A stretch of DNA of 64,000 nt from Bugula neritina (taxonomy: Eukaryota; Animalia; Bryozoa), in assembly GCA_964035545.1 (NCBI GenBank), contig OZ037766.1, positions 30,042,074 through 30,106,073 on the forward strand, written 5' to 3'. The position numbers were made by a program, and so were the translations under genes. Within the stretch, counting starts at the first letter, position 1. Every line of letters begins with the position of its first letter. The notes beneath the pieces were generated by a model. That model ran no database searches. It was not told the origin of the DNA and saw only the letters and a program-made list of their open reading frames with translations. Positions 48,301 through 63,969 of this stretch are shown here, one piece after another.

Positions 48301-49411
48301 GGAAAAGTTTCATGCCCACACAGGGCTAGTAAAGTTTATTCAGGTAAACCCCAAGATTGAGCCTCTAATAAAAATAAGTGCAGCTTTAATCTTGATTCAC
48401 CACACTAAGTTATAAGGACTGTTTTGTTCTTAAATAAAAAGTATAGTTTATATATTAAAGGTTATGCTGTTGGATTAGCATCAGGATCTAACTCATTGCT
48501 CTGTGCACCATCATCTAATACTGTCACACAGCAGGATCCGGTACTTCTCTCAGGACCAAAGTTAACAGCAGTTCGGTACAACCTACAAGGGGCCCCCAAC
48601 CAGTTAGATGACTCTCAGTTCCACGGCCAACTTGTTCAGTGTACTCTATGTCATCATGCAAGCACTGAGCTGGTAAAGTAGCCTTCTCTTTGCCTTTCTT
48701 ATACTGCAGTGAAATATCATTCAAAGCTGTTCTGTTTCTCACCTTCAGCTTTTGCAGACAACCTAGGCCAACAGGACAGTCTTAGCTTGCAAGTGCAGAA
48801 TTGGTCAGAGCTATAGTGAATATATTCAGTTATGTTTATAGCGAAAATATCTCAACAGTTTAAGTGATGTAGCTATAGGGTGCGTAAAACCTAATATATG
48901 CCAAGTGTGAATAATAATAAAATTATACAGCAGTGAAAATTCACACTATACACCAATCTTGTTCTCCATATCTGCTGTTTAGAACTTTTCTCTCTTTATA
49001 TTAAACCTTAATCTTATATCAACTGACTATATAATGGCAAAACTTATAATTTATGATTGATTTCTGTTAAATTCATAAATTAAGTTATGTTTTGTCAAGT
49101 AATTACTTATAAGAAATTTGAACTTTCAATTTTTTACTTGCTATTATATGTTGTAGTTTACTGTGATTGGACAAGTGGACTGCAATTTCACTGACACCAA
49201 CAGTTGGACTCTCTCTTACTCTGGATATTTGATGACAGCAGAACTTGAAGGAATGACATCTGAACCCATATGTGTTGGTACTGAAAGCCGTACGAGTCCA
49301 GCATCAGTTCAGACTGAGCCACAGCTACAGGCACTGAAGTTTGTAAGATCTGGTCTGGGAGTCTGGACTGAAGACAGGGTTATTGAGTGCGCCGTCTGCT
49401 ATAAACAATAA
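45362..49411 (+). CDS. Paralog F: type II TM - furin site - CxCxC - interrupted collagen - NC1-like domain, about 388 aa; closest relative of E
   Basis: Exons 45362-45553, 45817-45856 (KNRFKR|T), 47584-47982 (PCFCNC...ACIGLPGPS...), 48275-48343, 48461-48672 and 49157-49411. Frame is continuous. Confidence 0.88.
46029..46342 (+). mobile_element. tRNA-derived SINE (family X, copy 2) in intron 2 of gene F
   Basis: Co-linear with the reverse complement of 29466-29838 (TAGGGGTTA.AGC head; AGCATCCA.T.ATAATTGCTC; TCTGAATAAGT; AAAACCCCTT; GTGACTATAAT.AACTTGT.TGAGCTTTTT tail). Confidence 0.7.
46080..46153 (-). mobile_element. Family Y element (internally deleted, 74 bp) nested in SINE X2
   Basis: TG...CA ends with TATAT on both flanks (46075-46079 and 46154-46158). 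Shares AAATAATTTTGCCCCCAC and CCATTACACCA...CCACT.GGTAAACT.AACACTACA with Y1. Confidence 0.72.
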
Positions 49412-51213
49412 TATTAACAATGGAAAATTTTTGGAACTACATTTGAGACTATTCCACAAGCATCATATTTCCTCGAGTTATTCCATATATTGATTGAGCT
49501 TCTACTTTAGCTATATTAGGACTTCCATATTTGAGCTGTTTTTAATTTTTTATGAATTTTAAAAGGAATCACTAATGGCTATTATATATTTTCTTAATGC
49601 TATATGATTGATAATTTCCTTTAAAATAAATGGCAAATATTTTGCATGACTGCTAATTGGTTGTTTCAAAAGCCAATTACATATCATAGACCCAAAAATA
49701 TATTATTTTCAAGCAAAGAGCAGCCTGTTTATAAACTTTTTTTCTATATATAAGTATTCTATTATATATATAGCGTCATAATGTTTATATGTGTAATGTG
49801 GCAAAACCTAAAAATAACCTCATATGTTGGATCAAGCATGTCAATATGACAACCAAATTTAAAGAGTGATTACTCACTTGGTTACAGGCTGAGCTGATGT
49901 AAAAGAACAATTTTAGCCTTGAACTTTGGGCATTCAAATTTTGTTCATGCACTGAGCGTTTGAAATTGTTTTAAAATACTTAGCCTACATGCTTTATTAG
50001 ACTAACTGTAACCAATTTGAAATTTAAAATCATCCTTTGAAGCATATATAATTATTAACTTTCAGTTAAATAAATTCATATAAGCAGTGTTATGTTGAAA
50101 AGGAGTTCTGCTTTGCATTGAGCATTATTTTAAAATTGTAATTATTGTTTTTATTTATTTATTAATTGGTTTAATCTGTTATAGCCATCAGTGATGCATT
50201 AAGTTATGTAACATTGTGGTAACAAACTTGTAATGCTGGTAAAATAAAGTTGCATGCCTATATGAGATTCTATTTACATGATTCTAACTTAAAAAATATT
50301 GAAACCTAATAGAATATAGTTTAGAATTTTATGCTGTTTTAATGACTGTCACATAGTAAACAAACTGCCAAAATTAGTTTTTATCAAAAATTAACTTTGG
50401 TATTTAGCTAAATAATAATTATTGATCAAGTAGCAAACCCGATTAATTGATGTAAAAATTTATTATTGTAAGGATTATACAATCCTCAATAATTAGCAAG
50501 TTACTGGTAGATATCAGTGATGGTCATAACATGTTATAAGTACTATTAAAATATGCGGTGACTAGTGAAGAAAACTTCCTAAGTTAAAGCTAAGTCATAC
50601 TTTTAGATGCAATATCTGCTAATAAAATATATAGCAAAGACTTGCTTTAAAATTTTAAGTTGATACTCAATTCAAGAAATTTAGTATTGCTTTGTTGAGC
50701 TATTTTAATTATAATGCATTCTTATAGACCTTTATTTTACATAAACCTTAGAAATTTGAAGCCACCCATTTAAATTTGAAAGTTTGAGAATTTTCTTTTC
50801 TTGAGCTGTCTTGAAATTGTCTTCCCATGAATAAATGGATGGGGGAATTTCAAAAACCAATTTCAATTCAGCACTGTATATGCATGCCTTGACATTTCAT
50901 AAAGCCAATTGAATCTTGAGAAATGTTATTAGTGCATATGTTTTACTATATGAACAGCTCACATTATACTATATTAAGCAGGTTTGGGCTTTATTAAATT
51001 TTTATTGTAATTATATATACTTAATAATTTTGAAAAATATATAACACATAATACATAATGGTTTTCTGTAAACATTTCTATATCGTCCAAAATGTAACTT
51101 ATAATTGATATTCTAAGCTAATATATGATACTATATAGATGTGGCAGCTGCCATCATGGCTCCTAGCAGGCACCAGTTATACAAGCTGTCAGAAACTAGC
51201 GCTGTCGAACTCG

Positions 51214-53804
51214 TTAGAACCCGGGCGGGCATCTCTCAACCTGTGAAAATATAATGAGAAAGACCTTTTAAAATACTGACAACAATACATTAGCTTTTTT
51301 AAAATACAAAATTATGTTATGCTTTCTCATAGACTACTATTCTAATGTGAAGTAAAGAGCATTGAGAACTATAAAGCGCTGCCGATTGAATCGACTTGAC
51401 ATTTAAACCGATGCTTACTTGCAATGTCATGTCATAGAGAGAATTGTATACAGGAAACCTCTGAAGGGAAACCTGCAGATTGTAGTAGGTGAAATCTACA
51501 GCCATTATTTCTCCATTTGGCTGTATCTGCAAGTAGCAGTTCTCTGAAGTGTAGAGCTTGTATCTAAAATATACCATTGAACATATTTTGTATACCTAAT
51601 TTGTATATGACATTGTCTATTAATTCAATACGTAACTCTGCATATATATAGCTCAATAGATGGCCTGCTACTGCTTAATTAATATGCTTTGCTATATGGC
51701 TGTGTAAATGCTTCAATATAAAATAGTCTTGTATCACTTCATATATAATTGTATATGCTATAGTGTAACACACAGCTCTTCACAAAACTTTTCTTTATAA
51801 TGATCTAAGAATAGTAATTGTTAATGCCAATGAAATGAAATAAAATAATTGGGGAGTTGTCTCTCTTTCTTAAATAACTGAGTTGAAGTTTTAAAGAAGT
51901 CATTAAAAATATAACATTTAATTGAAACTGCAGCACAGCTTTTACTGCTCTAGAATTTTATATATAACTGCTGCTATCATAAAATTGCATTAACTAATGC
52001 TGATAAGTTGTCTTCCCCTGATGTGAACGCTGGGTGACCTATCAGAATCTTGCAGCAATGAGTAGTTATAGTATTAAAGGAGATCTTTGCCTACCTAAAG
52101 TTGCTGAAGTCAGAGGAATTGTACCTAGTGAAAAGACCATCTAGTGGAATTTTTTCTCCATTTACCTGAAAATTATTACAACATATAATAATAACTATAT
52201 AGTTCCATATATGTAACAATTAAATCTGAAAACTAATATTATATATTTATTACCTATAATGACCACTTGTAGGCTATTCAAATAAATATTGCTATATATC
52301 ATAATATTTAATTATCAACCATGACAATATTATTGTTATTTATTCGAACTTACAGAGCTATTTACTTTCAAGTTTTCGCCACATACAGCTGATAGATACA
52401 AAGTAGAGGACAACTCCTGATTGTTGTTCTGGTAGTCAGAGGAAATAATTTCCCAAATAAATACGTTTTCAGGAACGCTGTATTCAAAGGAGTAGAATGC
52501 AGGGTCCAAAAATCTCAATAAGAAACCTGCAATGCGCATCCATACTACATATACACTATAAGCACAGTTTAAATTTAATACAGTATTATAATGATACTAA
52601 CATACAGTATAATAAATACATGTGTGTAATATTATACAATCTTTTTTGTGTTACAAACGTATGCTTTATACTCTAGTTCTGGCATGTACTATATATATGT
52701 ATTTGTTTAAATAACTAAAATGGCCAGGTACTAAAATATGGAAAAAAAATTGAAAAAGCAAAAGCAGCATATATATAACATTTGCTGTTTTCAGTTGAAT
52801 TATAGTGAATTGAAAATGCTTGTCGTTGCAAGCTTTACAGCAGTGATTATAACGAAACGCTGCAACAGTTTGTATTGCATATGGTTACTAACCAGCTAGT
52901 GTGGAGTTGCTCTCTTTTTCATACAAATCTGCCACAACTACTTCACCAGTTTGAGTCAAGGCTAGTCTTTTGTAATCAAATGTTGTCAACTGATAGCAAG
53001 TGTCGCTTTGCTGTGTGTGTGGGCCATTACTTTGCTGTGTGTGTGGGCCATTACTTTGCTGTGTGTGTGGGCTACTTTGAGCTCTTGTAGATAGATCAGG
53101 TAAACTGTTAGAGGGCTGAACTGGGTTTGAAGTAACCCCTGCAGTGATCTGCAAGACAATGAAAGACTCTATAAATGTTGCAATACTATACCATATGTCA
53201 CTTACATCTGTATATAAACTGCATTGTTTGAGGCAAATTAATTTAACTACATCTGGCCTTTATAGACAGCAAATACCTCTAAAGTATAATGGCCTCAAAA
53301 CCAGCAACTTATCCATACTTGTAAAAATGCTATTTAATATAGATGCAATATATGAATGCAGGATATCATATTCAAAGAATATTATAATTATAATACAGAT
53401 CTGTGTTACATTAATCATATTATTTGCAGGATGTCCTGCATTCACATATTGATTTTGTAAAATAAATATGATGACATACAAGCAAGTTAATCTGCTAATA
53501 TATAATGCCATAGGTTAAAATCTGCAGAAAAACTAAAAATGCAGTTTGCTTTTAACATCTTAAAACTGCAAAGACTCAACACCAAAAATGCTATAAATAT
53601 TGACTTTTGCAAATTCATTTGCCAATTTATGCATAGCCATTACGCTGATAGAATTTAAGATATATACATATTATTTTCACTGATTTTTGTTAAATTATTG
53701 CACACTTATAATGTAAGAATAAATTATTACAGTTATGATAATTTTATACCAGCTTGTCTACTTACCACCACTACCACCACTAGAATCACTGTTTGGAATC
53801 TCAT
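51214..53804 (-). CDS. Gene G: secreted protein of about 236 aa, candidate beta-trefoil (FGF/IL-1-like)
   Basis: Exons 53804-53766, 53148-52893, 52526-52354, 52165-52095, 51563-51419 and 51240-51214. All GT-AG with compatible phases 0/1/0/2/0. Signal peptide MRFQTVILVVVVVITAGVTS; three PHTQQS(NG) repeats; ends VERCPPGF*. The gene model is solid; the fold is inferred from motifs only. Confidence 0.8.
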
Positions 53805-53888
53805 GTTTTTGTCTTGAAGATAATTAAGACTGCTTATTTGATTGTAAACTGAATGAAGTATGATGACAACTTACCAGTTCTTAAAGCC

Positions 53889-56224
53889 TTTTATATAGCA
53901 ACTTCATCAGCTTTGATTTTTTCCATCAGATACTAAAAAGTACTGCTCAGAAAATTTCTCCGGTTTTGCAGACAATTTTTTCCATGATGAAAAATATTAT
54001 AATTGAGAGCACGTGTCTTCCGCTAAACGTTGACCATATTTGTACTTTCTATAGCAGCGTTGAAGCACATATGGTGCCAAGAACTAAACGCTAGCTCTCT
54101 AAGTTGAGCTGCACAAGCATACTATTAGCGTGAAATGATGGGGATATTACCGAGTTGGTAGTTATAAATGGGGAAATCCCTAATCGAATACCTCGTATGT
54201 GCAATCATCTTGAAAACACCTGGCATGGTAATTGGTACTAGTAAGCTATGGACAAATTACATTTATATTTCAAACGATTACAATGTTTTCAGGTAGGGTT
54301 GCAATTAAACATGAGTCACCATTGCCCAACCAAATTTGCTGCTTTATATAATATACAGCTTGGAAATTCTGTTCTCATATTAAATCAATGACAATGCCTG
54401 TTTCTTTGTACTTCATTTCTGTAATATATAATTGACAATATTATTCATTTTTTTCAACTTCAACCCTGTTATGCAGCTAACATGCTATATTTGTATAAGA
54501 GAATGAAGCATATCTCTTGATCACAATAATATGCTTGCATCGTTACTATTATATCATACGAAAACTTTAACGAAATATTTACTATATAGCAAAAAATGTC
54601 TATTGATGCAATTCATTAAGGACTTCTGTTTTTTTGTTTTTCAAAAGCTAGTAGACAGACAAATAATTTTAGTAACTCCTTAAACATCTGTGTTACCTAA
54701 CCTGCTTAGGCGTATTTTAACTTTGCCATGCGACAGCCACATTGCTTAATTGTAACATAATCAATGTAGCACTCATGTCATCTAATTGTAATTAATACCC
54801 AAAGTGCCTGATATAATTGAAAGAAAGCAAACTTTTCTTAAACATTTTTCTGCTCTTTCTGAAAAGTTTCCTATATATTGCTGATATAAGTATTTGGGAA
54901 ATTGATATAGATTTAACATCATATTTATGCTTTGTCAAAAACTTTTTTCAAATTGAAAATTTCTAACCAGCCATAGCTGAAATTAAATTGGTGATAATTA
55001 TATTTATTGTACTTGATTATTTTAGAGTACACACAATATTTTAATTGAAAAGCAATAGAACACAGGTTAGATAAAAAGTGCTGCAATATCCCTAGTGTGG
55101 CTTTGCTTGTTGCCTGTTTTGGTAAATGAGTCATCATTTGCTTTATGAAACGTTAATTCTGTATTAAAATATATAATATACTAAATATATACGTATTATA
55201 CTCTACTATAAAATACAGTATACTGTAATAAAGTATTACTCTATATTAATATATATGATATTCTATACTGTAGTACTCTACTATAATGTATAAAATGCAC
55301 TTTACAGCAATAATCAACTAGTGTATAATATACTATACGGTAATATTTAAATATATATTATGTATTACGTACAGCAATACTGTAATAATGTATATGATAT
55401 TCTATGTACATATGAGTGTACTAATATATATATATGATGTACTATATACAGTAATACTGATTATATATTCTATGACATATTATAGTATAATATAATAGCC
55501 TACAGTAAAGACTTATATGAACTATAACCAACATTGTTAGAATCATTTTTTCTAAGCTTTTAGTTAGAATCTTGTATTTTACGATACTGTTGAATGGATT
55601 CAATATATTAAAAATTCTAGCTTACAACAGATTTATGGAGAATTGAAAGCACTGTATATAACTGAATTTTTATTAAGAACAGGTTAGCATTCAAATGCCC
55701 TTAACTTTAAAATAGGCTACTGTGCATGGTACTTTAAGATATAGACAAAAAAAAGTAAAACATCCAATAAAAATATATTATTTCTCCAGCTGAACTAAAA
55801 CATACAAATATATTTCAGCTATGGAATATCTTATTCAGTATTTTCCAAACTTTAATTCCAGACAGATAGTTCCAACGCTAGTCTGACTACTGACTAACAT
55901 CAACTTATTAATAGAAGCCAGCGATGCTTGCAGACACAGTTATGTAGATTTAATTGCTAGTGTTTCCCACATTGGCAGAAATTTGGAGTAAATAAAGGGA
56001 TTTCCCCTTACGTATTACTACCAGTATACTATTACGAGATACTATTGCAGGCATTGCAACTATAGCATGCTTCAATGAATTTCACAATCTATGTGCAGTA
56101 AAGTTACAATAGCAACTGTAGATGATCTAGTTTAAAGCCAGATGCTGCACGTTTTTGCAATTATGCAGCCTGAGTCACAGCTGTGAAGTTCACCTTTGGT
56201 CTAGGGGAGACTAGGGAAAAGTCC
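53889..56224. promoter_or_regulatory. Putative inducible promoter/enhancer of gene G: TATA box, kB-type and AP-1 sites
   Basis: TATATAAAAG on the minus strand near 53889-53896; GGGAAATCCC at 54171-54180; GGGATTTCCC at 55997-56006; GGGAAAAGTCC near 56214-56224; TGAGTCA at 54312, 55127 and 56171. Confidence 0.4.
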
Positions 56225-58023
56225 AGTTTAGGTTACTTTAGTGACAGTCGCAAGATTATAAGTTTGCATTCATAATGAAAAACAAAATTTGAATATGATC
56301 ATAAACCACATTATAAAATTTATATAACTTAAATAATAATGACGATATAAATATTAATATTTGTCATATTATATTGATGGGAGTTGCCTTTTTAATTACG
56401 CATTTCGTCCTAGCTACTGAGTTTTAAGGAGCTGCAAAAATCTAGGTTGGAGTTAAAACAAGTTAGCAGCTGTGCTGTAATGAGAAAATCGGTTTTGCAG
56501 TGGGTTTTCATATGCTTTGCTGCTTCAAACATCATACACCAACATATTAATATATTATATATAGATACACATACGCACATGTATACATGTGCGTATAGGT
56601 GTGCGGGTATAAGTGTGTGCCTATATAGCTGTAGGAGTGCGCGTGTAAGTGTGCTCGTGCATGTGTGCGTGTGTGTGCGTGTGTGTGCGTGCGTGCGTGC
56701 GTGCGTGCATGTGTGTAGTTGCGTTTATACCTTCACGATTTTCGGTCAAAATTTCAATTTGGCCGGGTTGAAATTTCTCCGAGTTGCATTGCATTGTAAA
56801 AGCCACTCGTTGAAATTTTTGTACTGTGATAACTTAATCGGCAAATTTTAGAATAGGAGTAATAACTCCTTGTAAAAATCGTTATTTAGTTATTACTTTG
56901 GCGATTAGACAACGTACTTAAACGGTTATAATTATATAGCCTACGCCTTCTCAATTATCGCTTTTATGCTTTCCGCTTCACTAATTCACGACGTTTACAA
57001 AGGGCATCAAATAGCTATTATGCGAGTCAAATTTCAATTTCAGAAAGTGAGCAACTGCATCAATATGATTTCAACGATTTTAAGTTTGACTATAAAGGGG
57101 TACCCGGAAAAACGTTATTAACTTAAACTCGGTACTTTTTTCAGCAGAGGTATAAACGCAACTTGTGTGTCTACTGTATTATACCAGTTCTGGTATTTGA
57201 TTTACTGAAGCTTGATTAAAGATTTCAATTAAGTTCATCATAATTGTTGTGAAGACAACTCCACAGTTGACATTTGATTAATTACCTAGACAAGTGAATA
57301 TAAAATTTCTATAGATCTACAAACACAGTAATTTGTTTTCTCTATTATGTTGCTATAGTTACTCAAAGACCTTTGTGAAACTGCAAGCAATTATCAAATC
57401 GTTTTGACAGTATAAAAAGTATTGAAATAACAAGTGTTTTTCAACGTATAACTTATAATTGATTAGGAAACTGTGATTTTTCAAAAAATAAAGATAATAG
57501 TTACATAAATGTTACATTTGCTGATCTTGAATTTTCATTCTCTATAACCTGTTATGTTTTATAAATCCTGCCTTATCCTCGCAACTACTGTCTGCTTCCT
57601 CAGTGTTGGGGCACAGGCTATTTTACTTGATCTCTACAAACCTCTTTACTTATATGGGAATGGGGCTGCTGTTTAACACAAGCAATGCATGGAATGACAT
57701 ACCTCAAAGTACGGGTATCTTCAACACAATATTATACAACCTACTCTGAAAAAGATATGTTGACAATTCTACACAAATATAACTAAATTGATTAAATTCA
57801 TAATATATATCAGCTATTAAATTATAGCTTGTTATATGTATATATGCAGGCAAAATATTTTATCTGTCAATTGAAAATAAAAATATTATGATAGCGCAGT
57901 AATATCATATATAACATCAATAACAATATCATAGTGAGTATAATAATATCTGAATGCAAATAGTTATGTTGTAGTATTAATTATACTTTGCTGGAACTCC
58001 AACTAGATTGACAATCAGCATAC

Positions 58024-58655
<632 letters not shown>

Positions 58656-59040
58656 CACACAAGTATGGTAGTCATGACCTAATTTCCAGCTCTGCTACTG
58701 GCCGTGATAGAAGCCAATATGAGTTATTTCACTTAACCTAGTCATACAGGATTTTTTTAAATTGCTATCATCTCATTAATGTTATCTGCATATATCATGA
58801 AAATATTTTTTCAGTATCTACGACTTTTCACAACAGAGTTAGTCCAAAAATCCACCAGCATAATATTCTACCGGAAAGGTGATTCGGAGTTGTCGTCCTA
58901 CTTATTGATGAGTCGTAAATTGTAGTTGTAGATAATTTTTTCAAAAATATGTTTTAATGGAATAATTTTCTAAAGTTTTTAATAAATAATTAATAAAAGT
59001 GACAAGTTGCTAATTTGTGAATTCAGCCCATTTATGACAA

Positions 59041-59966
<926 letters not shown>

Positions 59967-60346
59967 CTCTTCCAATATTATAACAACAAATACATATCAT
60001 TAAATAAAAAACAATATTATAATTAAATATAAATTAACATTAAAACTATAATAGCAATAGCAATATTACTTTAGCAATTTTTTAATAGCAATAACATTAT
60101 TGAACGTGACAAAATGCTCTACTAATTTTCTTTGAGATCAGAATTTTTGATTTATTGTATATATATGACGCTCAAAACATTTAGTCTTTCATTTAAAGAT
60201 TATCACTTCAAAACTATGACTACAAACTCCAGTCTTTGTTCCTCTTACCTCCTATAACCTCCTTATCATAAACTCCAGTATATTTCAACAAAGCACAGAA
60301 CCAGCTTTGTATTTACTACATTAACTATGTTCTGATTTCAACATTA

Positions 60347-60440
60347 TGAAACTTTTGCCCGCATTGCCGGGATTCAAACCCAAAACCTCCAGCTTGCAAA
60401 CATTACAGCACAGGGGCTGCCGCGCAAACTCAACACTACA
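60347..60440 (-). mobile_element. Diverged third family Y copy
   Basis: Shares TTTTGCCC, GCTTGCAA and the AAACTCAACACTACA terminus with Y1/Y2; B box GGTTTGAATCCC on the minus strand. No clear TSD. Confidence 0.55.
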
Positions 60441-61133
60441 AGCACAATATGCCTATCATAACAGTATTGTGCTCAACTGTTTCTCTAAGTCTATACTTTG
60501 TTTTAGAGTGTAAACCATGTCTATATGCGCAAGCATAGAGGGTGTGGTGGAGAGCCCTAATTGCATTCTTCACAAGATTAGTTGGTTCTCAGTCTTACTC
60601 ATTGCAAGTTATGATAGTGGATATGACTATAATTTGCAGAAGAATGTTTAGTTATCGGCAAAAAACTCAAAACCGTTTGTTTTATGCAGGTATACAATTT
60701 TCAATCTAAATGTTTTACATAAATTGCTGCCTCAAATTTGAGTGAATTTTCTCTATATGGAGCTATAGAATGGACTTTATATGTAGTTATTCCGTCTAGG
60801 TAATTTTTTTTCTACTACCTACCTAAATTTCTTAGAGATTCTGAAATTCTGGAGTTTTAGAATAGTGATTATATAACTTTAAACATACATTAGCATGTTG
60901 TAACTTGTTTATGTAATCAAACGTAGCTGTTTATTGATTTAGATTAATAAAATATGTACATGTTGAAATACTTATAATGCATTCCAAATGTTTTCCAAAG
61001 TATGTGTACAGATAAAAACTCAGAAATCTTGCTAGTAAAATTTTCTAAACTTTATAGGTTCTTCTCAAAACAGCACACAGAGTTTATACAAATATTTTCA
61101 ACTAAACAAAATTGGTACTATAAAAACATACTA

Positions 61134-62854
61134 CCGTAAAATGGGGTAACATTGGCCGTTTTGAGACTTATTTTGGGTGTCATATGAAAGGATTACAATA
61201 TTCTTTAAAATTTTTGGATGCTAAATGAAGCTTATCAACATATGCACTAAATGAAAGAACCATTTGCAGTTTGGGACTGCTAGATCTCCTGTGGTATTAA
61301 AAAAAGTAGGTGGCCAAAGTTACCCTATTTTCGGGGTAACTTTGGCCGGTGTCGTTATTCTCCATGTAGCTAAAGTTAGCAGCACTTGGAGCTTTTTTAG
61401 CCAGTTAGAAATTAAAGAACAACATTATTCAACTTCATTACTACAAAAAAAAAATTATTTTAGACAAAATGCAAGCTATAATAGTGTAATTATTGCATTG
61501 AAACCACAGCTATTCGAGGTACATTGTTAATAAGTGTAAAAACTTTTGTATATGTATAAAAAATCATGTATTTTGCTGGCAACATTGAATAAATCACTGT
61601 ACAAGTTCAAATTCCATTGAATTTAATCTTAAATTCAAGTATGCCCTTTCAAACTATAGGCTGTGGCAGTTGTCTGTAGATTTTTTAAATAATGCGTAAT
61701 GTCTTCAGAATTAACTGTTGCCCATTCCGGTGCTATGTTTTGGCACAACCTGTGAGACAAGCTATCTTTATGTCTTGACATAAAACTGAGACTCCAGAGA
61801 TCTTGAGGGTAGTTGCTTTTGAAATGTTGCACTCTTCTTTCACATTTGTCAAAATAGGTCTTGACTATTATTCGAAAGTCTGTTTTATCTAATGGAAAGC
61901 CCCATTGAGCCAGCTTTGTAGTAGGTATGGTCAACAATGGCTACCTCCTCTACTTGTGATAACACAGTTTGGTGTCCAGGCTTCAGCTTGTGTCTTCATG
62001 CGGCTCTGTTTTGTAGTGTTCCTTTGGTAATATCATATTTCTAGCCACTTCTTGTCAAGACTTTCCAGCTGTCAATTCTTGTGAATAAAGCAAAACCAAT
62101 GATCTCCTCAGATATACCATATCTTGGAGATGTTACTTTTCTTTAATATTTTCTGAGTATAATTGTCTTGAAAAATACATTTTACAATGCATGGTCAAAT
62201 TATTATATAAAAAAAAACATTTTAAACACAAAATTGCTGTCTGGGAACAAAAATGCATAATTCCCCATGTAATTATTTCATATTTCGGACTCTAAGTTGT
62301 TTCAAATATATAACTAAAGCATTGGGTATAGGTAAATCAAATGATTGTGCCTTTAGAGAGTAATGTACTATGTGTCTGAAGTAACAAAAAATTCGCAGCG
62401 CTGCCAGAAACCTACTTTGGAGTACCATTTAGTCATGGCCAAAGTTACCCCAAATTCGTCAAAAATTGTACACAGTGAATTCAAGACACATATTTTGATT
62501 TTGGATTTCAATTTATTTACCTAAATTACAAATATCCTGGTTAAAAACTTACCAAAGTTCTTTAATACAAAAAAGAAAATGAGTCCAGCTTTTCTAATGC
62601 CTTCAAATAGATTAAAGTTGGACAGCGCTGAAAATCTTGTTGTCAAACAGGAAACTGAAAATGGCTGACAGCAAGAAGCAGCAAATAAGTATATCAATTA
62701 TTTTTCAGGAATAGGATGCACCAATCTACAGTCAGTGCATATATACAATTAAAATATCTTTAGACTCCATAGATATAGCACCAGCTACATTTTAAACATT
62801 TTTTCCAAAGTGGCCAAAGTTACCCCAAGTGGCTAAAGTTACCCCATTTTACGG
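61134..62854 (-). mobile_element. Non-autonomous pogo/Tigger-type (Tc1/mariner superfamily) DNA transposon, 1721 bp
   Basis: TIRs CCGTAAAATGGGGTAACATTGGCC and GGCTAAAGTTACCCCATTTTACGG, each flanked by TA. Internal copies of GGCCAAAGTTACCC near 61312, 61334, 62438 and 62812. Decayed CENP-B-type HTH remnant (LAQWGFPL...W...FMSRHKDSLSHR) at 61635-61937. No DDE domain seen. Confidence 0.85.
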
Positions 62855-63659
62855 TATGTAATTATCACCTACATGTTATATCACAACAATGTCATATCTA
62901 CAACTTACTCATATTATACAAAAATGCAGACATTATTTCTATTTAATTAAGGATGCCAGGTTCAAATGATACACATTTTAATAACTATTTATAAGATTCC
63001 CATACAGCTTTAGCCATGCTGCAATGTTTGAAGTATAAGCGTAGTATGCAGCTTTTTAGGTTTGCATATCAGTCCAGTGGGTGCTTTAACAAAAATACCT
63101 AAAATTTTAAACGGATTTATGCTTTGATAATCAAAAGAAAGTCATAAAAACTGAAATTAAGTGTATCCTACTGCAACAGCTATAATAGCAAGATTATAAT
63201 ATGGCTAGTTGGACTTAAGAATGCATTGTGGGATGATTTATTGGAATCTTTACTTTGGCATTATAATCTTATAGTGTCGTGATGAAACTGTAACTCAATT
63301 CACTGAAAAAACCTTCTAAGAGAATGGCTAGCAGTAACAACTCATCAGCCTGCACCAGAAAATGCACTATATGCCATATAAAGCACCTCTTTATAGCTAC
63401 TTCTATCTTAAAAAGAAAGCAGCATTAGAATTAAATCATACACAAGTCTGATGAGCCTTATAGACCTCATTTGATTTAATATAGCAATGAAAGAGCTTAT
63501 AGCAATTAGCAAAGTTGAAGTTAGCGGTAGTGAATTAGTCAGCCAATTTAAGTTCCCATAGTGATTCACGACAGCTAATGTTCCATAACTAATATTATAC
63601 ATTTATACGAGCAAAACATAGAAAGATCTATTTGCCCCTCCTCTCCCCCCCCCGTCTAC

Positions 63660-63837
63660 TTCTCCCTCTCCCTCTCCCTCTCCCTCTCCCTCTCCCTCTC
63701 CCTCTCCCTCTCCCTCTCCCTCTCCCTCTCCCTCTCCCTCTTCCTCTCCCTCTCCCTCTCCCTCTCCCTCTCCCTCTCCCTCTCCCTCTCCCTCTCCCTC
63801 TCCCTCTCCCTCTCCCTCTCCCTCTCCCTCTCCCTCT

Positions 63838-63880
<43 letters not shown>

Positions 63881-63969
63881 TCCCTCTCTCTCTCCCTCTC
63901 CCTCTCCCTCTCCCTCTCCCTCTCCCTCTCCCTCTCCCTCTCTCTCTCCCTCTCCCTCTCCCTCTCCCT

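Noticed and set aside
56720-57200. CpG-richer segment that may be a transposon remnant (a similar GC-richer patch lies at 16260-16400)
   Set aside because: No termini, TSD, second copy or coding motif could be identified by eye.
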